64,000 nt of DNA from Thermoplasmatota archaeon (GCA_963818745.1 CAWFTI010000003.1:141212-205211); one strand, 5' to 3'. Shown: positions 19,512-28,232, counted from the stretch's first letter. Made by a program: numbers and translations. Notes: a model not told the origin generated them from the letters alone.

Positions 19512-20105
19512 TTAAAGTCTTCTCTCCTTGATGGTGCCGATGACCTCTACGGTCACTTCATCCAGGGTCCTGTCGCCGTCCACCCTGATGATCGAGTCGT
19601 CGATCTTCGCCAGCCTCCGGTAGTTCCTCTGCACTTCCTTGAGGAAGTCCAGCTTCTCGAACCTGGACAGTTCCGACCTGTTCCGGATGCGATCGAGGGA
19701 TATTTCGGGGTCGACCTCGATGATGAACGTGATGTCCGGGCGTATCGATATCCTGGTGTTCGCGTCCAGGAGCCAATCGAAGTTGTCCCCGAGGCCGAGC
19801 CTCCTGAGCGAGGCCGTTTGATATGCTATCGTGGAATGGTAGTACCTGTCGCAGACCACCAGCTTCCCCTTCTTCAGCATGCTAGCTATCTCCAGCGTGT
19901 GCTGGGCCCGGTCGGCCATGAACAGGAGCGCGTCCGTGTACGGGCTGACCTCCTTCTTGTCGCCCTTCCTGACGGCCTTACCTATCCAGGAATCCGTCGG
20001 CTCCCTCGTGAGCACGGTTCGCTTCCCGAACCTCTCGGCTGCCGACCTCGCGACCGAGGATTTGCCGCATCCATCGATGCCTTCGAGCACCACGAATCCT
20101 ACCAT
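19512..20105 (-). CDS. tmk: Thymidylate kinase
   Basis: P-loop FVVLEGIDGCGKSS, followed by TREPTDSWIG and DRYYHSTIAYQ. Confidence 0.85.
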   Translation of the reverse strand: MVGFVVLEGIDGCGKSSVARSAAERFGKRTVLTREPTDSWIGKAVRKGDKKEVSPYTDALLFMADRAQHTLEIASMLKKGKLVVCDRYYHSTIAYQTASLRRLGLGDNFDWLLDANTRISIRPDITFIIEVDPEISLDRIRNRSELSRFEKLDFLKEVQRNYRRLAKIDDSIIRVDGDRTLDEVTVEVIGTIKERRL

Positions 20106-20331
20106 GCGAACGTACTCCGATTGAGGCCGTGCCTAGATAACCGTTTGCGACCGCGCGCTCCCAGGTATCGGCCCAGCCAGATATTCTCCGATGCCCATAA
20201 ATATGCATCGGGAGCCGGGATGACAGGGACCCAGTTCGTACATCCAGCACCTGGTCACCGCCGACACATTATAAGTATGAACAAGTGCCTTACAGCCTCT
20301 CCAAGGTGGTATCCTGGTAATCGCGTATCTG

Positions 20332-20553
20332 TTGATAACGACCGCAACGGGCAACGAAGCCTTCGTCGCCGAGCAGATGCGCAAGCTCCCGGAGCTGACC
20401 GAGGTCCATCAGCTGTTCGGTCAGTACGACATGATCGCCAGGATTGAGACCAAGGACTACGACGTGTTGTGTGACATCGTCCTCTCGAAGATACGCACGA
20501 TCCGGGGAGTGACGAGCTCGAGGACCCTGATAGCTGCCAGGTTCAAGCGCTGA
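20332..20553 (+). CDS. Stand-alone Lrp/AsnC ligand-binding (RAM) domain protein
   Basis: The pattern ...LLITTATGNEAFVAEQMRKLPELTEVHQLFGQYDMIARIETKDYDVLCDIVLSKIRTIRGVTSSRTLI is characteristic. The start is uncertain: TTG at 20332, with the frame open further upstream but no ATG or GTG there. Confidence 0.6.
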   Translation: MITTATGNEAFVAEQMRKLPELTEVHQLFGQYDMIARIETKDYDVLCDIVLSKIRTIRGVTSSRTLIAARFKR

Positions 20554-20563
20554 ACCCCTCGTC

Positions 20564-22024
20564 CTAGGTCTTTCCCGCGGACTTCTTCTCGAACGCTCTC
20601 CAGCTGAATATCATGTCCCGTGCAGCCTTCGCCTCGTCCAACCTTCTCCTCGCGGTGTTCTGAGGGGCGGCCTTGAGGAGCTCGGGGTCCTCGGCGATTA
20701 TGGTCTTGCAGACCTCGATGAACCTGTCCAGGGTCTCTTTCGTCTCCGTCTCGGTCGGCTCTATCATGATGGCCTCGTCGACGATGATCGGGAAGTACAC
20801 GGTCGGCGCGTGGTAGCCGTAGTCGAGCAGCCTCTTGCCGAAGTCGAGCGTCCTGACGCCCTTGCTCTTCAGGGACTTTCCGCTGAGGACGAACTCGTGC
20901 TTCCTCAGGTTCCCGTAGGGAAGCTCGAGGTCCCCCTTCAGCTTCTCCTTGATGTAGTTGGAGTTGAGGACCGCGTTCTCGGAGGCGGCCTGCAGCCCCT
21001 CCCCGCCCTGCATCTTGATGTACGCGTACGCCCGGACCATCACTGCGAAGTTGCCGAAGAACGCCCTGACCTTCCCGATGCTCTTCGGCCTGCTGGAATC
21101 GAGCGAGTACTTCTGCCCGTCGAAGACTATCGTCGGTACGGGGAGGAAGTCCTGGAGTGCGCTCTTGACGCCCACCGGGCCTGCGCCGGGCCCTCCCCCT
21201 CCGTGGGGGGTCGCGAAGGTCTTGTGCAGGTTGAAGTGGACGATGTCGAAGTTCATCTTCCCTGGCGAGGTCTTGCCCATGATGGCGTTCAGGTTCGCAC
21301 CGTCGTAGTACAGGAGCGCGCCCGCATCGTGCACTATGCCGGCGATCTCGACGACGTCCTTTTCGAATATCCCGAGCGTGTTGGGGTTCGTGAGCATGAA
21401 CGCGGCGGTGTCCTTCGACACGGCCGACTTGAGCGCCTCGACGTCCACGCAACCTTCCTTCGAGGGCAGCTCGAGCACGTCGTATCCGACCATAGCCGCG
21501 CTCGCGGGGTTGGTCCCGTGGGCGGTGTCGGGGAGCACTATCTCCTTCCTGGTCTCGCCCTTCGCCTCGTGGTACGCCCTGACCAGATGGATGCCCGTGT
21601 ACTCGCCGTGCGCGCCCGCTGCGGGCTGCAGGGTGACCGCGTCAACGCCTCCGATCTCGCACAGCATCCTCTCGAGCTCGTACATCAGCCTGAGCGCGCC
21701 CTGGATGGTCGACGGGTCCTGGAGCGGATGGATGTCGGCGACCGAGCTCCACGAGACGACCTCGTCGCATATCTTCGGATTGTACTTCATCGTGCACGAG
21801 CCGAGCGGGTAGAGGCCGTTGTCGACGCCGAAGTTCATCTGGGAGAGGTTGGTGAAGTGCTTCACGACATCCCTCTCCGCGAGGTCCGGCAGGTTGAGCT
21901 CGGACCTGAGCAGCTCCCTGGGCAGCGCACCGCCGACGGTGGGGTCGAATCCCCCCTCCGCAGGGGCCTTCTCGCAGCCTTCGAAGAGGACGGGCACCTC
22001 GTGAACCGCCTGGTGGTATCTCAT
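20564..22024 (-). CDS. gcvPB: Glycine dehydrogenase (decarboxylating) subunit 2
   Basis: 486-aa intact ORF containing GSCTMKYNPK and the PLP-lysine region NLHKTFATPHGGGGPGAGPVG. The start overlaps the gcvPA stop. Confidence 0.92.
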   Translation of the reverse strand: MRYHQAVHEVPVLFEGCEKAPAEGGFDPTVGGALPRELLRSELNLPDLAERDVVKHFTNLSQMNFGVDNGLYPLGSCTMKYNPKICDEVVSWSSVADIHPLQDPSTIQGALRLMYELERMLCEIGGVDAVTLQPAAGAHGEYTGIHLVRAYHEAKGETRKEIVLPDTAHGTNPASAAMVGYDVLELPSKEGCVDVEALKSAVSKDTAAFMLTNPNTLGIFEKDVVEIAGIVHDAGALLYYDGANLNAIMGKTSPGKMNFDIVHFNLHKTFATPHGGGGPGAGPVGVKSALQDFLPVPTIVFDGQKYSLDSSRPKSIGKVRAFFGNFAVMVRAYAYIKMQGGEGLQAASENAVLNSNYIKEKLKGDLELPYGNLRKHEFVLSGKSLKSKGVRTLDFGKRLLDYGYHAPTVYFPIIVDEAIMIEPTETETKETLDRFIEVCKTIIAEDPELLKAAPQNTARRRLDEAKAARDMIFSWRAFEKKSAGKT

Positions 22025-23352
22025 CTGAGCGCCTCCAGGACGGTCAGGAGCCTGTCGTGGTCCTGCTTCGTGTGCATCTCGGTGGTCGCGCAGAGGGTCC
22101 CGTGCTTCAGCTCCGGGAACGCGCCCTCAAGAATCCATCCTCCCTGGATGCCTCTCATGAGCAGCTCGTCGTGTAGCCTCGCCGCCGGGATGTCTGATTT
22201 GACGACGAACTCGTTGAAGTGCGGAGCCTTGAAGTGGGGCGCTTTGAATCCCTTGATGGCGCTGATCCTGGATGCAAGCGACTTCATGTTCTCGACATTC
22301 TTCGCGGCTATCTGCCTCAGCCCGGACCTGCCGACCACGGCGAGATACGCCGCGGCCGTGACCGCGAGCAGCGCCTCGTTCGTGCATATGTTCGAGGTCG
22401 CCTTGCTCCTCCGGATGTGCTGCTCCCTGGTCTGCAGCGTCATGCAGAACGAGCGCCTCCCCTCGAGGTCCGTCGTCATGCCGATGAGCCTTCCGGGCAT
22501 CTTCCTGACATGGTCCGACTTGCACCCGAAGATGCCGATCATCGGTCCACCCAGGTTCATCGGGGTTCCGAACACCTGCGCGTCCCCGATGACGATGTCC
22601 GCCCCCATCTCTCCCGGGGGCTTGAGCAGCGCGAGCGCCATGGGGTTCACGCCCACGACCATCGTCCTGTTCCCCAAGACTTCCCTGATCTCGTCGCACC
22701 TGGTCTCGATGGGGCCGAGGAAGTTCGGCGTCTCGAAGTAGAACCCCGAGACTCCGTCCGTCAGCTTGGACTTGAGGTCCGACAGGTCGACCAGCCCGGT
22801 GGCGGGTTCGTATGCGACCTCTATTATCTTGATGTCCGCGCCCCGGGCGTAGAGCGCCGCCACGGCCTTCTTCTCGGGGCTGACCGCCCTGCTGATGAGG
22901 AACTTGTCCCCTCCCGAGATCCTGTTGGCCATGAGCACGGCCTCCCCGAGGGCGGTGGAGGCGTCGTACATGCTGCAATTGACGACATCCATCGCTGTCA
23001 GCTCGGCCATGTATGATTGGTACTCGAAGAGCGATTGGAGCATGCCTTGGCTGATCTCCGGCTGGTAGGGGGTGTATGCGGTGACGAACTCCGACCTGGA
23101 CACGACCGCCTTCACCGCAGCCGGGATGAAGTGGTTGTACACGCCTGCTCCGAGGAAGCACGGGCGGGCGGAAGAGGTCCTGTTCGAAGAGAGCATCATC
23201 CCCAGCTCCCGCCTGAGTTCGAGTTCGGACATCCCCTCGGGCAGTTTCAGGCCGCCCGTCCGGACTTCCTTCGGGACATCCGCGAAAAGCTCCTCGACCG
23301 ACCGAAGCCCCATCTCCCGCAGCATCTCAAGAGAGCACTTGGAGAGCTCCAT
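22021..23352 (-). CDS. gcvPA: Glycine dehydrogenase (decarboxylating) subunit 1
   Basis: 443-aa intact ORF containing FLGAGVYNHFIPAAV, TAYTPYQPEISQG and TREQHIRRSKATSNICTNEAL. Confidence 0.92.
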   Translation of the reverse strand: MELSKCSLEMLREMGLRSVEELFADVPKEVRTGGLKLPEGMSELELRRELGMMLSSNRTSSARPCFLGAGVYNHFIPAAVKAVVSRSEFVTAYTPYQPEISQGMLQSLFEYQSYMAELTAMDVVNCSMYDASTALGEAVLMANRISGGDKFLISRAVSPEKKAVAALYARGADIKIIEVAYEPATGLVDLSDLKSKLTDGVSGFYFETPNFLGPIETRCDEIREVLGNRTMVVGVNPMALALLKPPGEMGADIVIGDAQVFGTPMNLGGPMIGIFGCKSDHVRKMPGRLIGMTTDLEGRRSFCMTLQTREQHIRRSKATSNICTNEALLAVTAAAYLAVVGRSGLRQIAAKNVENMKSLASRISAIKGFKAPHFKAPHFNEFVVKSDIPAARLHDELLMRGIQGGWILEGAFPELKHGTLCATTEMHTKQDHDRLLTVLEALR

Positions 23353-23404
23353 GTCCGTTTCAATGAGATGCTATCGTAAATCCTTTGTGGGTCAACACCC
23401 TCGT

Positions 23405-23812
23405 TCAGTCCTGGCGGTTGGCCAGGGTCCTGAGCCTGCCGATGAATGTGGGCATGCTCTCGATGTCCTTGACCTCCTTCTTCGAGAGCATCACGAGCTG
23501 CGCCCTGAGCCTGTCGTTCACCTTAACGCCGTTGGCCTCGAAGGCCTCCTTCAGCGACCTGGCCAGCCTCCCGCCCTTCCTGTCCCAGTCTGTCATGACC
23601 ACGACCTCCGCGTGTTCCCGGGAGAGGTTCTCGCAGAACGTGAAGATCGACAGCCCCTTGCCGATGGAGACAACGTTCCTGGCGATGCCCATCCTCTTGA
23701 GCGCCTCGACGTCCCGCCTCCCCTCAACCACGATCGGGGTATCTGCGCTGATGTCCTCCAGCTTGTCGAGCAGCTTCAGAATCTCCTCGAGCCTCTCTGC
23801 GGGTGTGAGCAT
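23405..23812 (-). CDS. Small Toprim-domain protein (RNase M5/primase-like)
   Basis: IVVEGRRDVEALKRMGI...VVVMTDWDRKGGRLARSLKE carries the Toprim E and DxD signatures. Confidence 0.7.
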   Translation of the reverse strand: MLTPAERLEEILKLLDKLEDISADTPIVVEGRRDVEALKRMGIARNVVSIGKGLSIFTFCENLSREHAEVVVMTDWDRKGGRLARSLKEAFEANGVKVNDRLRAQLVMLSKKEVKDIESMPTFIGRLRTLANRQD

Positions 23813-24115
23813 TCAGTCACCTGTCAGGAGCCGCACGGCCCTCTCCTGAGGGAGGGGCACGTACACGGTCTTCGACGAGGACCTCTGTCCGCGCAGCATC
23901 CGCAGGTCCTTCCGCGGGACGGACAGCTTCTCCGAGAGGAACCTGAGGAGCTCCTCGTTCGCCTCCCCGTCCCTCGGCGGGGCGGCTATCTTGACCTGCA
24001 GGGCCGCCCTCCACTCGTTCACGCCGACGACCATCGTCCTCGAAGCGCCCGGGGAGGCGTCGATGGAGATCACGCATCCCTTGCCCTCGGGTCTCGCGAA
24101 ACTCTTGCCGCCCAT
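23813..24115 (-). CDS. DUF167 (YggU-like) protein
   Basis: LQVKIAAPPRDGEANEELLRFLSEKLSVPRKDLRMLRGQRSSSKTVYV is the family hallmark. The Met at 24115 is preferred over the ORF-track start. Confidence 0.7.
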   Translation of the reverse strand: MGGKSFARPEGKGCVISIDASPGASRTMVVGVNEWRAALQVKIAAPPRDGEANEELLRFLSEKLSVPRKDLRMLRGQRSSSKTVYVPLPQERAVRLLTGD

Positions 24116-24206
24116 GTCGGTCGTCGAGTGATGGCATCGTGACGATAATACCCTTCTTGCGCGGTGGTGTGCCCGCACGCATAAGCATCAAATACAACCG
24201 CGGCGT

Positions 24207-24878
24207 ATGCTTCAGCCGATGGCAGAACAGCGGGGGGAGCTGAACTACGAAGACATAATGACCCTTTTCAGGCAGGAGAACAAATCCCCCCAACTGACCA
24301 AGGTCGATTCGAACCTCTACGAGAACATCTGCAGCTACATCAAGAGCATCAGGAAGGAGAGCGAGAGGGAGATCGCGATGAACCCGAGCTCTCACGCGAG
24401 CATGATGCTCAACGACCAGCTGAAGAAGGCCATTGACAAGGCGAAGCGGGTTTACGAGCTGAGGCAGAGGAAGATCGCCCTGCTGGCCCTGAGGAAGGTC
24501 GCGGGGGACAACCCCGACACGGGCAACCTCACCCCGGACGAGCTCGTCCTATTCTCGAGCATGACGTCGGTGTTCGCGGCGCACAAGGACTCGAACGCGG
24601 ATTTCGAGGAGCTGGGGCCGCGGCAGCCGAAGCAGCAGGCGGACATGGTCTATCTGCCGGATACGCCTTCGAAGAAGGCGTGCGAGGAGAAGAAGGCGGC
24701 GACACCCGAGGCGCTGGAGGCCGAGCTGGTCATGGCGAGGGTCCTGGAGGACGTGCCGACCTTCGCGGGCGTCGACCGCGACTACAAGCTGAAGAAGGAG
24801 GACATCGTGTCCCTCCCGAAGAACATCGCGAACACCCTCGCCTCGCACGGCAAGATAAAACTCATCGGGTCAGCGTAG
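24207..24878 (+). CDS. GINS subunit (Gins51-like)
   Basis: The N-terminal helical A-domain (LYENICSYIKSIRKE...RVYELRQRKIALLAL) and the C-terminal B-domain (VMARVLEDVPTFAGVDRDYKLKKEDIVSLPKNIANTLASHGKIKLI) match archaeal GINS51 organisation. Confidence 0.65.
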   Translation: MLQPMAEQRGELNYEDIMTLFRQENKSPQLTKVDSNLYENICSYIKSIRKESEREIAMNPSSHASMMLNDQLKKAIDKAKRVYELRQRKIALLALRKVAGDNPDTGNLTPDELVLFSSMTSVFAAHKDSNADFEELGPRQPKQQADMVYLPDTPSKKACEEKKAATPEALEAELVMARVLEDVPTFAGVDRDYKLKKEDIVSLPKNIANTLASHGKIKLIGSA

Positions 24879-25640
24879 GGCGAACGGCCCGTTCATGCCC
24901 CCGTGCTCGGTGACCTCGATCTCCGGTCTGTGATTCCCGTGTCTGAGGCCTTTCTCGACGGCTTCTCTCGCCTTGCCTGGAGTGTTGTTCTCCTTGCTGA
25001 GGTGGAGGAGCACCACGCGTTTCGTCTTCTCGGACGCCGTCTTCGAGGCGAGCATGCCCGCGTCCTTGTTGGACAGATGCCCGTGGTCGCTCCTGATGGT
25101 CCTCTTGAGGAAATCGGGGTATGATCCGTTCATCAGCATGTCGTCGTCGTAGTTCGCTTCGATCAGCATCAGGTCGGCAGAGCCCATCTCGTCCACTACC
25201 CTCGGAGTCACGGACCCGAGGTCGGAGGCGATCGAGACCTTCTTTCCGTGGACCTCTATCGTGAACGCGACCGGCTCGGCCGCGAAGTGCCTCACTGGGA
25301 ACGGCTTCGCCGTCACGGAGCCTATCGTCACCGCGTGCTTCGTCGAGATCGGGATGGCTCTCACTCCGTTCAATGGTGTGAGAGACAACGTGCCGTCCGT
25401 GCCGTGGACGGGCACGTCGTACTTCGAGCAGAACCGGAGAGCACCCCTCGTGTGGTCCGTGTGTTCGTGGGTGAGGAACACCGCGTCCACGCGGGACGGG
25501 TCCGCGCCCACGATGGACATCCTGCGCTCGAGCTCCTTGCAGGACAGTCCGGCATCGATCATGACCGTGTCCTCGGATGATACCAGTATCGAGTTGCCGC
25601 AGCTCCCGCTCCCTAGGACGGTGACCGAGACAGTGTGCAT
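24870..25640 (-). CDS. Metallo-beta-lactamase-fold hydrolase
   Basis: VTVLGSGSCGNS...AVFLTHEHTDHTRG (HxHxDH motif)...SDHGHLSN. It is convergent with the GINS gene and overlaps it slightly. Confidence 0.75.
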   Translation of the reverse strand: MHTVSVTVLGSGSCGNSILVSSEDTVMIDAGLSCKELERRMSIVGADPSRVDAVFLTHEHTDHTRGALRFCSKYDVPVHGTDGTLSLTPLNGVRAIPISTKHAVTIGSVTAKPFPVRHFAAEPVAFTIEVHGKKVSIASDLGSVTPRVVDEMGSADLMLIEANYDDDMLMNGSYPDFLKRTIRSDHGHLSNKDAGMLASKTASEKTKRVVLLHLSKENNTPGKAREAVEKGLRHGNHRPEIEVTEHGGMNGPFALR

Positions 25641-25749
25641 CCAGCTTGGCGAAGGAGGACGCACCTGATAAACTCTTCCGTTTTCAGCTCGGCCGGTGTA
25701 GAAATCGCGTCGGCCAGCACGTGCGCGCCGTCTCGATGACTTCGATATC

Positions 25750-25757
25750 TTTATAAA
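25750..25757 (+). promoter_or_regulatory. TATA box for tRNA-Lys
   Basis: TTTATAAA lies 26-33 nt upstream of the mature tRNA 5' end, which is typical archaeal promoter spacing. Confidence 0.45.
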
Positions 25758-25782
25758 TGACCAGCATATACTGCGGATTCGT

Positions 25783-25886
25783 GGGCCTGTAGCTCAGCTA
25801 GGTAGAGCAATCGGCTCTTACCGCGAAACCCTGTTGGTGTCGCAGGAGATACCGATGGGTCAAGGGTTCGAATCCCTTCAGGCCCG
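25783..25886 (+). tRNA. tRNA-Lys(CUU) with a 30-nt intron at the canonical 37/38 position; no encoded CCA
   Basis: Hand fold: acceptor GGGCCTG/CAGGCCC; D arm GCTC-AGCTAGGTA-GAGC; anticodon stem ATCGG/CCGAT; loop CT-CTT-A[intron ccgcgaaaccctgttggtgtcgcaggagat]A; T arm AAGGG-TTCGAAT-CCCTT; discriminator G. Confidence 0.85.
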
Positions 25887-25990
25887 CTTCTGATTCCCAT
25901 TCCGGCCCTGTTCGGAGAGGGTTTAAATCCGACCTACTCGCTCAGTCGGACCGGAGTCGCCAACAGGCATCCGGCCCAGGGGACATCACG

Positions 25991-26758
25991 ATGGCCGCCA
26001 AGAACATCTACTTCGCAGGGACCGCCGGCAGCGGCAAGAGCACCCTCACGGGCGCGTTCCAGCTCTGGCTTAACAACGAGGGGTACGACGCTGTCACCGT
26101 GAACCTTGATCCCGGGGTCGAGAGCCTCACGTACGCCCCGGATGTCGACATAAGAGACTGGATCAAGCTCCCGGAGATCATGGCCGAGCACGGCCTCGGG
26201 CCCAACGGCGCGCAGATCGCGGCCGCGGACATGCTTGCGCTCAACATCAATGAGGTGGCCGATGTCATCTCGCAGTTCAACTCCGACTTCATCCTCATCG
26301 ACACGCCCGGGCAGATCGAGCTGTTCACGTTCAGACAGAGCAGCAGGCACATCATCGAGGCGCTCGGCATGGAATCGTCCGCGCTCGCCTTCCTGTTCGA
26401 CCCCGCGGTCATAAGGGTGCCGAACGGATACGTGTCGTCCATGCTGCTCTCGACCACGGTACACTTCCGCCTCCCTCTGCCGACGATCAACGTCATCGCG
26501 AAGGCGGACATCCTGAACGACACCGACAGGGAGAGGCTCCAGCTGTGGGGCGAGGACTACTACGCGCTCTTCAACGCGCTCGTGGACGAATCGGTAGACT
26601 CCCAGACCCCGGTCAACGTGGAGTTCCTGCAGGCGATGGAGTCCGTGGGCGCGAGCAAGCCCGCGCTCTTCGTGAGCTCCGACACGGGCGAGGGCATGGA
26701 GGACATATACTCCCATGTCCAGGCCGTGTTCGAGGGCGGAGAGGACGTCGACAAATAG
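25991..26758 (+). CDS. GPN-loop GTPase
   Basis: P-loop FAGTAGSGKST, GPN motif HGLGPNGA, and DTPGQIELF. Confidence 0.85.
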   Translation: MAAKNIYFAGTAGSGKSTLTGAFQLWLNNEGYDAVTVNLDPGVESLTYAPDVDIRDWIKLPEIMAEHGLGPNGAQIAAADMLALNINEVADVISQFNSDFILIDTPGQIELFTFRQSSRHIIEALGMESSALAFLFDPAVIRVPNGYVSSMLLSTTVHFRLPLPTINVIAKADILNDTDRERLQLWGEDYYALFNALVDESVDSQTPVNVEFLQAMESVGASKPALFVSSDTGEGMEDIYSHVQAVFEGGEDVDK

Positions 26759-26764
26759 GCGTGC

Positions 26765-27415
26765 TCACTCCCTTCTCTTGCACATCTTGACTGCCCGCAG
26801 GACCTCGGCCCCCTCTTCGGAGAGCCCTATGTGGATCCTTTCTCCCACGACCTCGGACGTCACGAGCCCCACCTTCCTGAGCTCCCTGAGCACCCGTTCG
26901 GCCCCCTGCTTGCTTGTCGGCTGCATCCTCGTGATGGCCGTCCCCAGCACCGGCCGGTCCTCGATGCACTCGAGGAACCTGGTCTGAAGAGACGTGTACA
27001 TGCTCTTGGCGGTCGCGCCTCGCACCACCGGCAGCCGGATCGCCTTCGAATCGCAATGGATGGTCTCCACGCCGAGCCTGAAGGCCGCGAGCAGGGCGGC
27101 GTCCCCGAGCAGCTTCGACCCGCCGCTGATGTTCAGGACCACCTTCGATCCAGAACCGCCGCCCGACCGGGCGGCGTTCGAAGACAGGACTTCGGATATC
27201 ATGTCGACCATCCCGAGGAAGTCCTTGTCGGGGATGGTCTCGTATACGAGCTCGTGCCCAGAGACCTCCTCCAGTCTCTGGATCGTCCGCGACGCTTCTG
27301 ACTCCATTGCCCCATCCTCCCCGAGGAGCACGAGCCTGTCGTACGGCACCGTCCTCATCGCCAGGAGCACCTTCTCGGTGTCTTCCGGGCCGTAGGTGGA
27401 CACCAGGGTCCTCAA
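26765..27415 (-). CDS. Csa3-like CARF-domain + winged-helix regulator (paralog 1)
   Basis: The N-terminal Rossmann-like domain ends in the glycine-rich loop VVLNISGGSKLLGDAALLAAFRLG. The C-terminal part looks like a wHTH (GAERVLRELRKVGLVTSEVVGERIHIGLSEEG). Same architecture as the adjacent gene. Confidence 0.55.
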   Translation of the reverse strand: MRTLVSTYGPEDTEKVLLAMRTVPYDRLVLLGEDGAMESEASRTIQRLEEVSGHELVYETIPDKDFLGMVDMISEVLSSNAARSGGGSGSKVVLNISGGSKLLGDAALLAAFRLGVETIHCDSKAIRLPVVRGATAKSMYTSLQTRFLECIEDRPVLGTAITRMQPTSKQGAERVLRELRKVGLVTSEVVGERIHIGLSEEGAEVLRAVKMCKRRE

Positions 27416-28080
27416 TGCTCCTCACCCAGCAGAAGCTCGGTCGAGTCCTCGACCCTCACGACCTTCTTCCTCGCGTCCTTCGCGTGCTTCTCGAGCCTGA
27501 GGGCTCCCTTCGCCACGAGGTTCCGCAGGTGGTGGTTGATCGTGGCCTTGTGCTTGCCGAGGGCCTTCGCGAGCTCCACCTCCGTGAATTCCTTGGTCCT
27601 GTTCTTCAGCAGGAACCCGAGGATCTGACGCTCCTCCTCGGAGAGCACCTGGTTGTACTCCATCCTGAGCAGCGGGAGGTGTATCTCCTCGTATGTGAGG
27701 TCGTGGATGTACACCGTCGGCACCCCTTCGAGGATGCACACCAGGAGCGCGGCGGATGATGTCGGCTTCGTGCCTCCGGCGATGTTGAACACCCCGATCT
27801 CCTTCCCCTCGCGCCTGTGTCTCCGGATGTCCGTCCTTATCCTCATCGCGATGCTCTTGAAGTCGAACGGGTCCTCGAGGTCCACGGGGTCGACGGCGAT
27901 CTTCATGCTGCTGCAGTACTCGAGCACGGACCTCTTCGCGTCCGCGACCTTCTTGACCGCCTCAGGGTCGCTCTTGTCGGCTCCGCAATAGAACACGAGC
28001 TTCTCGACGTCCGGCATTGACTTGATCGTCGGTATCAACGATCTCGGTCTGAATCCCAGGGTTCCGAACACTACGGCCAT
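27412..28080 (-). CDS. Csa3-like CARF-domain + ArsR-type winged-helix regulator (paralog 2)
   Basis: The N-terminus VVFGTLGFRPRSLIPTI has the TLGF start typical of Csa3. The loop is VFNIAGGTKPTSSAALLVCIL. The C-terminal wHTH is FTEVELAKALGKHKATINHHLRNLVAKGAL. The stop overlaps the start of paralog 1. Confidence 0.6.
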   Translation of the reverse strand: MAVVFGTLGFRPRSLIPTIKSMPDVEKLVFYCGADKSDPEAVKKVADAKRSVLEYCSSMKIAVDPVDLEDPFDFKSIAMRIRTDIRRHRREGKEIGVFNIAGGTKPTSSAALLVCILEGVPTVYIHDLTYEEIHLPLLRMEYNQVLSEEERQILGFLLKNRTKEFTEVELAKALGKHKATINHHLRNLVAKGALRLEKHAKDARKKVVRVEDSTELLLGEEH

Positions 28081-28142
28081 TTGCCTTCCCAGGATACCAT
28101 ATGTCCTTCCTCCCTTTTAATCTTCATCAGACGATAAGATTT

Positions 28143-28232
28143 ATGCTAATACCAATATTCAATTGGGGCTGGTGATTGCTGGCTCGGAGCCCCGCACATT
28201 CCGTATCACGAAAAATGATATCGTATTAGCAT
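28143..28232. promoter_or_regulatory. 10-bp perfect inverted repeat ATGCTAATAC ... GTATTAGCAT (70-nt spacer) in a divergent promoter region
   Basis: The arms lie at 28143-28152 and 28223-28232, in the 186-bp AT-rich spacer between the Csa3-like gene (start 28080, minus) and the HAD gene (start 28267, plus). Confidence 0.4.

Noticed and set aside
25821-25850. C/D-box sRNA embedded in the tRNA introns (both tRNA-Lys and tRNA-Gly)
   Set aside because: Neither intron contains a C box (RUGAUGA) or a D box (CUGA), and both are too short.
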